DNA of 64,000 nucleotides. It comes from an uncultured virus (IMG/VR IMGVR_UViG_3300011712_000002) (Duplodnaviria > Heunggongvirae > Uroviricota > Caudoviricetes). The stretch lies in IMG/VR virus record IMGVR_UViG_3300011712_000002. One strand, written 5' to 3'. Position numbers and translations under genes: made by a program. Shown here one piece after another: positions 9,552 to 19,168 of this stretch (positions within the stretch are counted from its first letter, which is position 1; every line of letters starts with the position of its first letter). The notes below the pieces were generated by a model, which worked only from the letters and a program-made list of their open reading frames with translations, did no database searches and was not told the origin of the DNA.

Positions 9552-9727
9552 GGTATTTGCGCTATAAGTAAGGTTTGGAGTTCGACGATGTCAGCTACCG
9601 ATTGCAGACATAATCTGCTGCGTACACAGCGTAGAGCGGGCTGAGGGACTGTTAGCGGAGTCTTTAAGTGAATAAATAAACCCAATCTACGATGTGCTGT
9701 TCCCCCAGAGGGGAACAGACACGCAAC

Positions 9728-10339
9728 TTAGTTCTTACCGGTGTTTACGGTAACGCCCTGGCGGTTAGATTCCGCTTTAGCGATTTCCAGACGAGTGTCA
9801 CGTTCAGCTTTCACTTCGCCCTGCAGCTGAGTCACCTGCGCTTCGAGGAACTCGATGCGGTTGTCTTTCGCTTTGCTGTTTGCGTTCAGCTCAGCCATTT
9901 CTACACGGTGATCGCCCTGCAGCTGAGCAATCTGAGCTTTAGCAGCAGATTCAGCCTGACGGAATGCAGAAGTACGCGCTTCTTCAACTGCCTGCTCATT
10001 ACCTGCTTCAGCGTTCACTGCTCGATTGTTCAGCTGGTTCAGATCAACAGCGGAGATGGTCGCCAGGCCACGAGCTTTCATCAGGTCAGCCAGTACGCGG
10101 TCTTCGTTTTCGATAACACGCAGACGCAGCTGGGCAGCACCTTCACGCTCTTTGGTGTTGATCTGGTTATCCAGGTCGGCCAGCTGGGACTGCTTGAACT
10201 CAATTTCTTCGGCCAGGTTGACGTTAGACTGCGCCAGAGCTGTCAGCTCGACTGCAACCTTGCTCAGATCGGCAACAGCTTTAACAACGCCTTTAGCTGA
10301 ACGGTCGGACGCGGTAATAACCTTTTTGACTTCTGACAT
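9728..10339 (-). CDS. Coiled-coil phage protein
   Basis: 203-aa heptad-rich ORF with strong SD. Confidence 0.8.
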   Translation of the reverse strand: MSEVKKVITASDRSAKGVVKAVADLSKVAVELTALAQSNVNLAEEIEFKQSQLADLDNQINTKEREGAAQLRLRVIENEDRVLADLMKARGLATISAVDLNQLNNRAVNAEAGNEQAVEEARTSAFRQAESAAKAQIAQLQGDHRVEMAELNANSKAKDNRIEFLEAQVTQLQGEVKAERDTRLEIAKAESNRQGVTVNTGKN

Positions 10340-10467
10340 GTGTTTTTCCTTTGTATTTTATATGTAGCCCTTCGAGGGGCATTGATACTGCAAAGCTAAA
10401 AAATCTTGTCACGAGCACCAAGGTTAGGTGCGTGGTGTGGATCTAAACTCTGAGATGTATGGAATCA

Positions 10468-10677
10468 TTACGGATCACCAACAAGGCTACCCATTCGCAC
10501 TCTCAGCGCACCATCTTTGTAGGCCGATATAGTTCCGTCGTGGCTAATTGTCATCGTCGAACTCCCTTGCTCAACTGCCTCTACAGTGGTCGTGGAGCCG
10601 TAATCACCACGATTCTGCTGAATAGCTTTGGCAAAGAGTGTTGCGGCCGCTCGCTTAAGCTCATCAACGTCTTGCAT
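10468..10677 (-). CDS. Small protein ending in a tail-tip-J-like C-terminal motif
   Basis: MTISHDGTISAYKDGALRVRMG compared with the J C-terminus MVINNNRIEVYDENGRLRVRMG. Confidence 0.55.
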   Translation of the reverse strand: MQDVDELKRAAATLFAKAIQQNRGDYGSTTTVEAVEQGSSTMTISHDGTISAYKDGALRVRMGSLVGDP

Positions 10678-10689
10678 ATCGATCCCTGA

Positions 10690-11045
10690 ATTTGTGCTGG
10701 CTAACCATGCCAGCCGGGCTACGTCTACGATTATTCAACCCATGAATAAATGACATAAGTAATATGGAATGACGTAACGAGATGGGCGGAAGTGCCTTTA
10801 AAACCCGGGTGTTCATGTCGGAATTACCCCCACCCATCTCGTTACCCCATCGGTCGGGTGGCCGTGGCCACCGTCCCTGCGTTCCGTAATCAGACTCGCT
10901 CAGTCTGCTCCATTTCGATAACAGGGCTGGAGACTGACCCTGCTGGTGTTTGGCTATTACGCTACTGCCAGGTACTGAGTGTCGTTTGCATTTATTTTAA
11001 AAGTAAAAATAATCGCTCACCGCCGAAAACGAGAGCGACTATAAT
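10690..11045 (-). ncRNA. Candidate structured RNA with a tmRNA-like mRNA domain (tag ANDTQYLAVA**)
   Basis: Tag frame at 10989-10954, H-type pseudoknot at 10943-10908, 20-bp stem with three G-U pairs (10845-10826/10793-10774), several further hairpins. Confidence 0.6.
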
Positions 11046-11121
11046 TGATATAAGTAGGTAGGTAAATACCTATATTACAGATTTTTCACTTTGACGGTTC
11101 GTTTGATCAGTTTCAGATCAC

Positions 11122-11463
11122 CTACCTAAGCAACGGGGTTATTTCTTCTAATTCGGAAAGAGACAGCACTCCAGACATTAAACCTATACGCATTGGCACA
11201 TTCATGCGCCCTTTTGCATACAGGAACCCCATTGCGCCAGCGCAATGCTTTTCCTTCCCAGAAGGGTGATAGAAGCCCTCACTGTCGTGATAGCCACCAG
11301 TGGGATGCGTTCTCTTGTGACACTGTAACGGGGTCATGTCGTCGTCCAGCAAATTCTGTTTTATTTCCCCAAGGCGCTCTTCCCCGATCTCAATGCCATT
11401 CTCCTTCAGGAACGGACAGTTTGCGCAGGGCTTCTTGATAGACAGAAAGCGTTTAAAATCCAT
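11122..11463 (-). CDS. Cys-rich Zn-binding phage protein (DUF6283-like)
   Basis: PCANCPF...QCHK...HCAGA. Confidence 0.65.
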   Translation of the reverse strand: MDFKRFLSIKKPCANCPFLKENGIEIGEERLGEIKQNLLDDDMTPLQCHKRTHPTGGYHDSEGFYHPSGKEKHCAGAMGFLYAKGRMNVPMRIGLMSGVLSLSELEEITPLLR

Positions 11464-11542
11464 TGTGGTTACTCTTTGGTGGGCATTGCAGAAATGATAA
11501 AGCGCCCACGAGAGGCGCTTAAGTTAAATTTGACGGTGATGG

Positions 11543-11833
11543 TTATGTTTTCGGCTCTGGGGAAGCAGCTGCTGGCTCAGGCGTCTTCCTCATGATCCGT
11601 ACAGCGTATTCTTTACCCTGAATCGTGTAGCTCTGCTGCCCCTTCAATTTGCCGTATCTCATTTCTATGATGGTAAACAGCTTCCAGGCCAAGTCTTCTA
11701 ACTTTGCAGTGCGGCAGAACAACCACAAGATAATCAATTTGGTGGCTTTCCCGCCCACCATGAACGCTGCGTAAAAGCCGCTCAGTAGAAAGTAAGCCAG
11801 CAGCAGGCCGTCTGAAATTGTAATGTCACCCAT
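11543..11833 (-). CDS. Hypothetical membrane protein
   Basis: N-terminal hydrophobic helix; ATG 11833 overlaps the upstream small ORF. Confidence 0.6.
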   Translation of the reverse strand: MGDITISDGLLLAYFLLSGFYAAFMVGGKATKLIILWLFCRTAKLEDLAWKLFTIIEMRYGKLKGQQSYTIQGKEYAVRIMRKTPEPAAASPEPKT

Positions 11834-11993
11834 TGCGCTTAAATTCCTTAACTTCAACAACCTTGTATACCCGGCGCCCCATTGCGACAGTGCCGGTCTT
11901 CAGCTCCTGCTTGAGCATATCAACGATGAAATATGCCGAACCGAGCACCCCACCGATCAACCCTAATAGGATGTATGGAATCATGTTGTGCAT
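11826..11993 (-). CDS. Small membrane protein (55 aa, below the ORF-track cutoff)
   Basis: MHNMIPYILLGLIGGVLGSAYFIVDMLKQELKTG...; TGATG coupling to the ligase stop. Confidence 0.6.
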   Translation of the reverse strand: MHNMIPYILLGLIGGVLGSAYFIVDMLKQELKTGTVAMGRRVYKVVEVKEFKRNG

Positions 11994-13315
11994 CACTCTT
12001 TATCCCCAATGCGGTCTTCTGTATCACGAAGGCAGCTTGGCCACTTAAGTCGAGGGTGGCGCAGACTTCCATCTGGCGTATATTCGTGGAAATTGACCTT
12101 CACGATGCGCCCCATGTATTTGTCCTGATTCAGCCAGATCTCATCGAGGTATTGATGTTTGAAGCCTGAAGCACGAACTTCCGTACCGTCCTCCAAACGC
12201 ACAACGATTTTACCGAGGGTGTGTGCGAAGCCGGCATCTGGGTCGCCAGGCAGGAAGCCAATGATTTCACCATCTGCTTCATTCTCATCCTTCATTTTCC
12301 ACCAGGCACGAGAGCGCTTAAATTCATAAACCGAGTTAGGGTCGTAAGCCATCTCCCCTTCTTCGTTCTCGTCCAAACGCTGCATGAATCGAGCAATGTA
12401 CTCTTCGTGGCTATGGTAGATTTCAAAGGGAACCAGCACCAAATCACCAGCTGACTCTTCGCTTCTCTCATTGCGGAACCACGCCACCAGCGCAGCCTTA
12501 CGCTCCTTCAGCTTCATGCCATTGGCTTTGTACTCTTTGGTCTTGGCCAACGCCTTCCACTCTGGCAGGAAGAAGTCGAAGATGTGGAACTGAGCGCCTA
12601 CAGCTTTCACATTCTTTTTGCGGATCGCTGAAACGGTGCCGTTAAATGAGCCGACCGTTGCCTCACCATCAAAGAAGACGTGTTGATGACCGGTAGCACG
12701 AGCCAGCTCCAGCATTGCCGGTTTAAGGTGATCGAGCGACGTTACTGGATTGCCGGTGCGCGACAGGAAGTTAACCTCTTCTTCACCCACAATCACCTCG
12801 CTGATCACGCGCATCCCATCGAGCTTGATGCTTCCAATCATCGGCCACTTGGCGTGTTTGTTAGGCTTGAATGGGAACTTGTCACTCTTTTCCTTGTAGG
12901 CGGTGGCCAGCTGGACTTCAAACACTGGAATCGGCGCCGAGAAGATTTTGTTGCAAAGGCTGATGCCGACACCGGCCTTCGGATCTTTAAGCAGGAAACG
13001 ACGAAACACGTCCTGACCAGCCTCACACATAGAGCCAACGATTGACTCAACAGCGGTTACGGCAGCTCCACCTGCCAGTTGACGCGTTGCCAGCTGATCC
13101 AACACATCCAGTACCTTCTGGTCGCTTGGCGTGGACACCAGCTGCGCCGGGGCTACGTTATACTTCTTGATGCCGAAGCGGATAAATGGATTGAGCATCA
13201 GCGACACGGCTTTTTGCTCGAAGTCGTCCAGCTTGGCCAAAGCCTCTTTCTTGGCATTGGTTCCCATCGCTTTGATGTCATCCAGCTTGGTTCGAAGGGT
13301 AATCAGCTTTTCCAT
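11993..13315 (-). CDS. ATP-dependent DNA ligase
   Basis: KLDGMR motif I, FDGE, EGEM, WWKMK, SLRHPR. Confidence 0.93.
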   Translation of the reverse strand: MEKLITLRTKLDDIKAMGTNAKKEALAKLDDFEQKAVSLMLNPFIRFGIKKYNVAPAQLVSTPSDQKVLDVLDQLATRQLAGGAAVTAVESIVGSMCEAGQDVFRRFLLKDPKAGVGISLCNKIFSAPIPVFEVQLATAYKEKSDKFPFKPNKHAKWPMIGSIKLDGMRVISEVIVGEEEVNFLSRTGNPVTSLDHLKPAMLELARATGHQHVFFDGEATVGSFNGTVSAIRKKNVKAVGAQFHIFDFFLPEWKALAKTKEYKANGMKLKERKAALVAWFRNERSEESAGDLVLVPFEIYHSHEEYIARFMQRLDENEEGEMAYDPNSVYEFKRSRAWWKMKDENEADGEIIGFLPGDPDAGFAHTLGKIVVRLEDGTEVRASGFKHQYLDEIWLNQDKYMGRIVKVNFHEYTPDGSLRHPRLKWPSCLRDTEDRIGDKE

Positions 13316-13719
13316 TAAAACCGCACTCCTTTTACTGGCCCGTGTTGTGTAAATTCAGCGTGAAACTGCTCGACCGGCAGCGAATAGATGTCGCCGGTCG
13401 ATGTCGATTTGAAGATTGCGGTCGGAACAAAACCTTCCATGGTGGCTTTTTGGTTAGCGAACATCACCAGCTCGTAAACCCCACCGTGGTCTTTGTTCGT
13501 CCACTGATGCCAATACTCGATGAGGCGTCGGAATCGAAGCGCTGCACCGGTTCCAATAGCGTCGTACCACTTCTGCACAATCTGGCCATTCACCTTGTGC
13601 TCAAGCGCATAGCCGTATGTTGAAACAGCAAGAACGCGACATTCTTCCCACGCTCTTTGCCCCTCCAAATCGACCATGAAATAAGCGCGCTCCCCTTCTT
13701 TGAGATCCGAAACTTTCAT
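13315..13719 (-). CDS. Hypothetical protein
   Basis: 134-aa ORF coupled to both neighbours. Confidence 0.7.
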   Translation of the reverse strand: MKVSDLKEGERAYFMVDLEGQRAWEECRVLAVSTYGYALEHKVNGQIVQKWYDAIGTGAALRFRRLIEYWHQWTNKDHGGVYELVMFANQKATMEGFVPTAIFKSTSTGDIYSLPVEQFHAEFTQHGPVKGVRF

Positions 13720-14174
13720 GTGTTTTCCTCTTGCACTAAGGCTGAGTGGAGATCTGTAATAGCCTCGAACTCGCCCGTTTTTGTTGTGTCTTCTGCTTTT
13801 GATTTACGCGACGGCAGAAGTGACATCGCGGATTTGGTCTTACGCTGGCCACCGAAACTGCTTTGGTTGTTACGAGCTGCAACTTCAGCAACCAAAGCAC
13901 CGTAATCTTCGAAGTAGAGTGATTCACCGGCGCGAACTTCCTCGACCATCATCTTCAGCGCTTTGCATTTGCCGCCGCGGATAGCCGTTACACATTCACT
14001 AAATGAGCCAGGCGGTAGCCGACCTTCTTTGAACGCCAGAATCGTGTGCTGGCAGACCGTGTAACTCGCTCTTGTTGGCTCCTTGCGGATCAGCACTTCC
14101 TCGCACTTCAGGCTGAACATGTTGTTGCCCGATATGGATGGGATCTTCGAAAAGTCGGTCTTTGAAACTGTCAT
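13716..14174 (-). CDS. Hypothetical Cys-containing phage protein
   Basis: 152-aa ORF with ATGA overlap downstream. Confidence 0.75.
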   Translation of the reverse strand: MTVSKTDFSKIPSISGNNMFSLKCEEVLIRKEPTRASYTVCQHTILAFKEGRLPPGSFSECVTAIRGGKCKALKMMVEEVRAGESLYFEDYGALVAEVAARNNQSSFGGQRKTKSAMSLLPSRKSKAEDTTKTGEFEAITDLHSALVQEENT

Positions 14175-14254
14175 TCTGTATCACCAAAATAGCTAATCAC
14201 TTATTAACGCAATTATAAAAAAGCCCCATACGGGGCTATAGCGTTTTTGTCAGG

Positions 14255-15037
14255 CTACCAGCTTCCCCAGCCAGACATGACGGCGTGTTGTCGGTCGCGG
14301 AAAGGCTTCAGAAGCTCTTCAGCGGTGTGCAGGGCGTATGATTTGGCTTCCTGCATCAACATTGGCATTTCGTTAGACATCTTCACCAGGCGACGTTCGT
14401 ACTCGCCCATAACGCCATCGCAGGCTGAACTGCAGGCGTTGATAATGTCCTGCTTGCGACGATCGCCACCGGTCAATTTCATTAACGCTGGGAAGTTCTT
14501 CTCATTAGCCGCTTTGGTGGCGGTTCCTCGCCCTTCCAGAACCAGGTCAACCATGCCTTCCGGGACACTCATATTTGCAGTGTTGTCGTCGCCAACCACA
14601 CTCGATGCCCAGAGTTCTTTTATGGCCGAAGAGGACTCCACGCTTTCGCATTTTTCATCCATGAACTCAACGAACTTCCACAGGTCGTCACGGTGCAGCT
14701 CTTCAAGAACGGCCTGGGTCTGGACAATGTAGCCGTTGTAATAGGCAGCTGTATGGGTAATAGGTGAATCTCCCATTCGGCTGATAAAGCTGACGATCGC
14801 AGCGCATCGAGGCGCTTCATTTCCCACGCTTGGGCGAACGTCGCCAACAACCATGGTGACCGTCAAATATGGATAGTCGGCCAGCAGCAACTTGCCAGCC
14901 TCTGCGGTCGCAATTCTGTCAGCTCCAGCCTGAATAGCCTGGACAACAACCGAGTCGAACTCTTCTTCGTTCAGCGGCAGCTTTGAATCTCTAACCAGCT
15001 TTGTGATTTCATGAGTGATATTCGGGTGCATCTTCAT
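14255..15037 (-). CDS. Hypothetical protein
   Basis: 260-aa ORF followed by a terminator at 14217-14237. Confidence 0.75.
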   Translation of the reverse strand: MKMHPNITHEITKLVRDSKLPLNEEEFDSVVVQAIQAGADRIATAEAGKLLLADYPYLTVTMVVGDVRPSVGNEAPRCAAIVSFISRMGDSPITHTAAYYNGYIVQTQAVLEELHRDDLWKFVEFMDEKCESVESSSAIKELWASSVVGDDNTANMSVPEGMVDLVLEGRGTATKAANEKNFPALMKLTGGDRRKQDIINACSSACDGVMGEYERRLVKMSNEMPMLMQEAKSYALHTAEELLKPFRDRQHAVMSGWGSW

Positions 15038-15102
15038 CTCTCTTATAGACTTTGGTCGCCATTATAATTAATGATTGGTAGTTAGCTACTTATTTTCTTA
15101 GG

Positions 15103-16207
15103 TCAGACCAAAGCCGCTATTCCTTTTACCTTTGCCATTAACTCAAGCTGGCGAGTGTAGGGCTTCGCTCGGAAGTAGGCTTTGATGATTTCCTCAACAG
15201 ATGCGTCGCCCGGGTCAACGCCCTCTTTACCCAAACAGGCTATCTTCACGTTAAGTCCGATCCCCACCAGCTTACGCGCGGCGGCCATTGTGTTTCGGAT
15301 TGCCTGCTTCTCGCTATCCCACATCATTACGACGTTCTTCAGCCCCTTCGCTTTAAGCGTCAGGAATGCACCTAACTGATCCTCTTCGTCCTGCGTCGTT
15401 ACGCCAGACAAGTGCATACCAAACGTCCCGATTGGCTCAACGTAATCCCGCAGCGTTGGCTCATCGAACAGCGCTCGCTTAATACCAATAACGTCAAATG
15501 CGCCCTCGCTCACCACGACAGTCTGTTTACCCACTGCGTTGTGGCCGTTATAGAGAAATTTACCTGAAGCCGGCAACGTCATGGGGAAGAGATAGCGGCG
15601 CTCCGCAGTGCCAGTAACGTCACGCCCCTGGAAGGTTTTCATCACGCCATCGAGGTCGTAAATTGGTATCAGAATACGCATACCGAAATCTTGGCCACGA
15701 ACCTGGTCGTTGTAGACATCCACATAAGCATGTTTGCCCTCTACGCAGTATCGAAGGTCGAAATATTTGGCCAGCTCAGGCGTTACATTTCGCTCTACAA
15801 GATAAGTGGGTAGTCGCCCCTCGATCGGAAGCTCATAGTGACGAGGCAATGAAACCGGCCCTTCCAGCTCGACGGCGCTGGCCAGCTTCACCTCTTCTCG
15901 TTTCGGCGCCCAGCCCTGCTCCAACAGCGCATTGTTAACGTATTCCTCAAATGCACGGCGTGACTTGCCGCTGTAATGCTTCAGGAACACCAGCTTGTTG
16001 AATTGGGTGATCACCAGCAAAGCATTTACCGACGTTGTTGGTCAGATTGAAATACACCTTCCAACCGGAGCTGCCGCATACCGGGCATTCCTTGATGTTT
16101 ATTTCACGACCGCGCGCGCTGACCCCACCACGGCGATAGATGATGCCCTCTGTATCCAGCCACTGCTCAAAGTCCAGCTCGGTCAAAAGCTCTTTAATGT
16201 CGCTCAT
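15103..16207 (-). CDS. DNA primase (Zn finger + TOPRIM), split by a frameshift near 16000
   Basis: CPVC...CFAG Zn-binding domain in ORF 15947-16207; EGAFD and MWDSE TOPRIM motifs in ORF 15103-16020. Confidence 0.85.
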
Positions 16208-16374
16208 GCCAGCAATCCTCTCCGGTCATTATTTGAAGGCAATTTTGTGCGTATTAGGGAAGTTGGGGTATGATGGCCGTTCATGTGTTTTTCCCTTGTT
16301 GTTTTTAACAGGGCGAGAAACTTGATTTCTCGAATTGGAAATGAGGCGTGGCGATTTTTGCCACGCCTTTATTT

Positions 16375-17764
16375 TTAGATAACGTCGAGAATTTCCTGAA
16401 TAAACCGCATCTGCTCCAGGTTCTGTTTCACTCGGATGCTGATGTTGCCTTGCTGGTTACGAGAGCCTGCAAAGTCCAAGCGCGCTTCACCCTTCGTCGC
16501 TTCCTCTTCCGTTTTGTTGATCGAGATAACCAGGTCAGCGATACGCACCTTTTCGATGTTATCCGCGGCGTGCATCATTGTGGCCACCTCAGACGCCCCA
16601 CCCTCTCGGTTGGTCTGCGATGCGGTTATGCCAGCGGCATTATGCTTGTCGAANNNNNNNNNNNNNNNNNNNNNNNNNNNNNNNNNNNNNNNNNNNNNNN
16701 NNNNNNNNGCGGAGATCGGTATAGATGCTTTTCACATCGGCACGTTCATCGCCGCTGCGTCGTGTTGGTTTCATCAGGTCGGCGTAATCCACCACGACCA
16801 TGTCAGGAATCATCCCGTTCGACTTCATGCCTTCAAGTAATCGATCGAGGTCTGCAGGTGACAAGCTGCCAGACGGTCTCTCAACAACCCACAAGTTACC
16901 CACGCCGGTACTGGCGCCCAGGTCAGCCAGCTTCTTGTGAACGTCGTCGCGCTTCTCGATCAGCTTCGTCATTTCGGTTTGAGAAAGACGTGCGTCGAAA
17001 CGGTCAGACAAGATTGCCGTGTGAACTTCTAGCGAGACGTACAGGACGTTGAATCCCTTTAACGTTGCGTTAATGGAGAACTCACCCATGGCCGTCGATT
17101 TACCAGACTTCGCGAAGCCCATGAAGAGAACCATTTCACGACGCCCCCACCCTTTCTGGTACAGCAGCCTATCCAGCAGCGGAATGCCGGTGGTGATGCT
17201 GTTTGGCACGTAATCTTCAGACGCCTCATACTCACGCTGCTTTAAACGCTCAGCAGCTTCGCCCAGGTAGTTGTAGATGCCTATGGTGTCACTCGCGCCC
17301 ACCAGCTGCACCTTGGCCATCACTTCCATTGCGCGTTCGAAGTCACCCTTCTCTTTCAGCTCAGCCGCTTTGATCAGCGCGTCATCGAAAGCTATGCTCC
17401 GGGCAAATGTGGCAACGCGGTCAACCATGTATTTGGTGTCGGTTAGCTTTTCACCCAAAACACGTTTGAAGGCGTTCACCACATCCGGGAACAGTTCTTC
17501 GCGGATCGTCTTATCTTTCTTCGCGCGTTTCAGCTGGTCAAGAATGGCCGTGCTGGAAGGTGCGCTCTTGTACATGCGGAAGTAAGACGAAACCAGGTTA
17601 ACCAATATTGCGTTTGCCGCGTTTTCAAATTGGCTCGGATCAACCAAATCACCGGCGCGCATCAGGAACTCCTGATCCTTGCAGTAGTAGGCTGTTAGCC
17701 GGTTCTGGAAGTCATCATCAAACTCTTCTGACAATGGGCGTCCGGTATGGCAAATGGTGGTCAT
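16375..17764 (-). CDS. DnaB-like replicative helicase (interrupted by N-gap 16654-16708)
   Basis: GFAKSGKS Walker A, VSLE, VVVDYAD; C-terminus continues in ORF 16375-16587. Confidence 0.9.
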
Positions 17765-17849
17765 TGCGCCACCTCTTTAATCATGTTCATGTGCTTTTCC
17801 ATCGTTCTAAACAACTTGTTTACTAAGTTTACTAAGTGGGCAAAGGCAA

Positions 17850-18587
17850 TCAATTCAGTGACCGTGCTTCCATGGTTTCGTTAGGGAAGTGCTGTAGCGC
17901 TATGTGTTCGGGCAGTAGCTCTGTCAGCCAAACAGCGGAGTAGATGATCAGAACGCGACGGGACGGCTCACGATTTTCAATCTGCGTGAGAAGCCACTCA
18001 AAGTATTCTCGCTGGATTTCAGCGTTGCCCCCTTGCACGATTACCCCAGAAGAGCCAGAACCCCACAGAGAGCTATCCAGACGGGTTAACGCGCGTTTCT
18101 TCAATCTGTCTTCGAAGATCTCAATCAGCTCTGGCTGCCAAAGATGCTGAGGGCGTGGCAGCTTGTCCCAGAGACGTGATGCGGCGATCGATAGAACGGT
18201 GCCAATGAAGTAGCCGTAATTAACGCAGTAGCGATCGGCAAACTGACGCGCTTTCCAAAGTGATGTCTTGTTGGCGGCAGATTGATCCTGAAACGGAACT
18301 CGTTTTAAACCGGTGTTGAAAGGCGCACTCTGGAAGTCTTCACGACCGTGAGTGAGCATGATGTTGGCGTACTGGCGTTTGTACTCTTCGGTAAAGACAG
18401 CTGTAGCCTGGAGTGGGTGCATGTCGCGGTAATCAAACCACTTAGTCTCGAAGAGGTCAGCTTCGCCTTTACAGCGAGAAAGCCCTATGTTCTTAGCGAC
18501 CCACTCATCCATGACGGCCGAATCCCACTCTTCCATGAATCCATACTGGTCGTCGTTGCCTAAGCATTGGTAAAAGAAATTGCTCAT
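17850..18587 (-). CDS. Conserved hypothetical protein upstream of the helicase
   Basis: 245-aa ORF with backbone-like composition. Confidence 0.75.
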   Translation of the reverse strand: MSNFFYQCLGNDDQYGFMEEWDSAVMDEWVAKNIGLSRCKGEADLFETKWFDYRDMHPLQATAVFTEEYKRQYANIMLTHGREDFQSAPFNTGLKRVPFQDQSAANKTSLWKARQFADRYCVNYGYFIGTVLSIAASRLWDKLPRPQHLWQPELIEIFEDRLKKRALTRLDSSLWGSGSSGVIVQGGNAEIQREYFEWLLTQIENREPSRRVLIIYSAVWLTELLPEHIALQHFPNETMEARSLN

Positions 18588-18702
18588 GGTAGGTAGCTGG
18601 TTAGTTATCCGTGACTGGATGATAGCTAGTTACCAATCTTTTTGAAAGCAGTGAATGTAGGGAGTTTGGTGGTGGTAAGGCTGGGTTGTGTTGGCTGTAA
18701 GC

Positions 18703-18759
18703 GACCTGCTTCCGTATATTTTAATATACTGGTCTTAATCTTTTATACAGAAGCAGGTT
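18703..18759. repeat. 57-bp inverted-repeat element, copy 1
   Basis: GACCTGCTTCCGTATA-(AT-rich)-TATACAGAAGCAGGTT; related copy at 52211-52274. Confidence 0.75.
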
Positions 18760-18763
18760 TACT

Positions 18764-19168
18764 TCAATCCTCGGCAGCTTCCTCTTTTTTCGCTTCCAGA
18801 TCCTTTTTGTCCAGAGCATTTATGTATTTGGTAACAGCCTCAACATACAACAGATCCTTCTGAGCTTTAGAAACTTTAGTTTTTTCGATGAAATTCAAGG
18901 TTTGCGTCATATCCTCACTTAATATCTTACCTGTAAAGCCTTCTATTACGGTTTTGCTATGGATGAGCAAGTACCCAATCGCGGAGAAAAAGAACTTAGT
19001 GCTTTTACTATTTGTTGCTCTTAGAAGCTCAAACAATACAGGATAAGCATCAAATCCAAACCAGATAATTACACCTAGTACAACCCCTACGGCACTTCTT
19101 ATAGGGTAGTTAAAGAACATTATGTCCAATGCCCTATTTGCTAATTTAGTTGCATCATCTTTATTCAT
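18764..19168 (-). CDS. AT-rich two-TM membrane protein (moron gene 2)
   Basis: Two hydrophobic segments; ATGA overlap with the upstream gene. Confidence 0.75.
   Translation of the reverse strand: MNKDDATKLANRALDIMFFNYPIRSAVGVVLGVIIWFGFDAYPVLFELLRATNSKSTKFFFSAIGYLLIHSKTVIEGFTGKILSEDMTQTLNFIEKTKVSKAQKDLLYVEAVTKYINALDKKDLEAKKEEAAED

Noticed and set aside
10690..11045. Complete tmRNA (ssrA) or tRNA gene
   Set aside because: No acceptor stem, T-loop or CCA end found; reported only as a tmRNA-like partial RNA
15947..16020. Primase frameshift as programmed recoding or a true pseudogene
   Set aside because: No slippery heptamer is visible and the assembly has several gaps; a small deletion artefact is more likely. 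Raw reads are needed.
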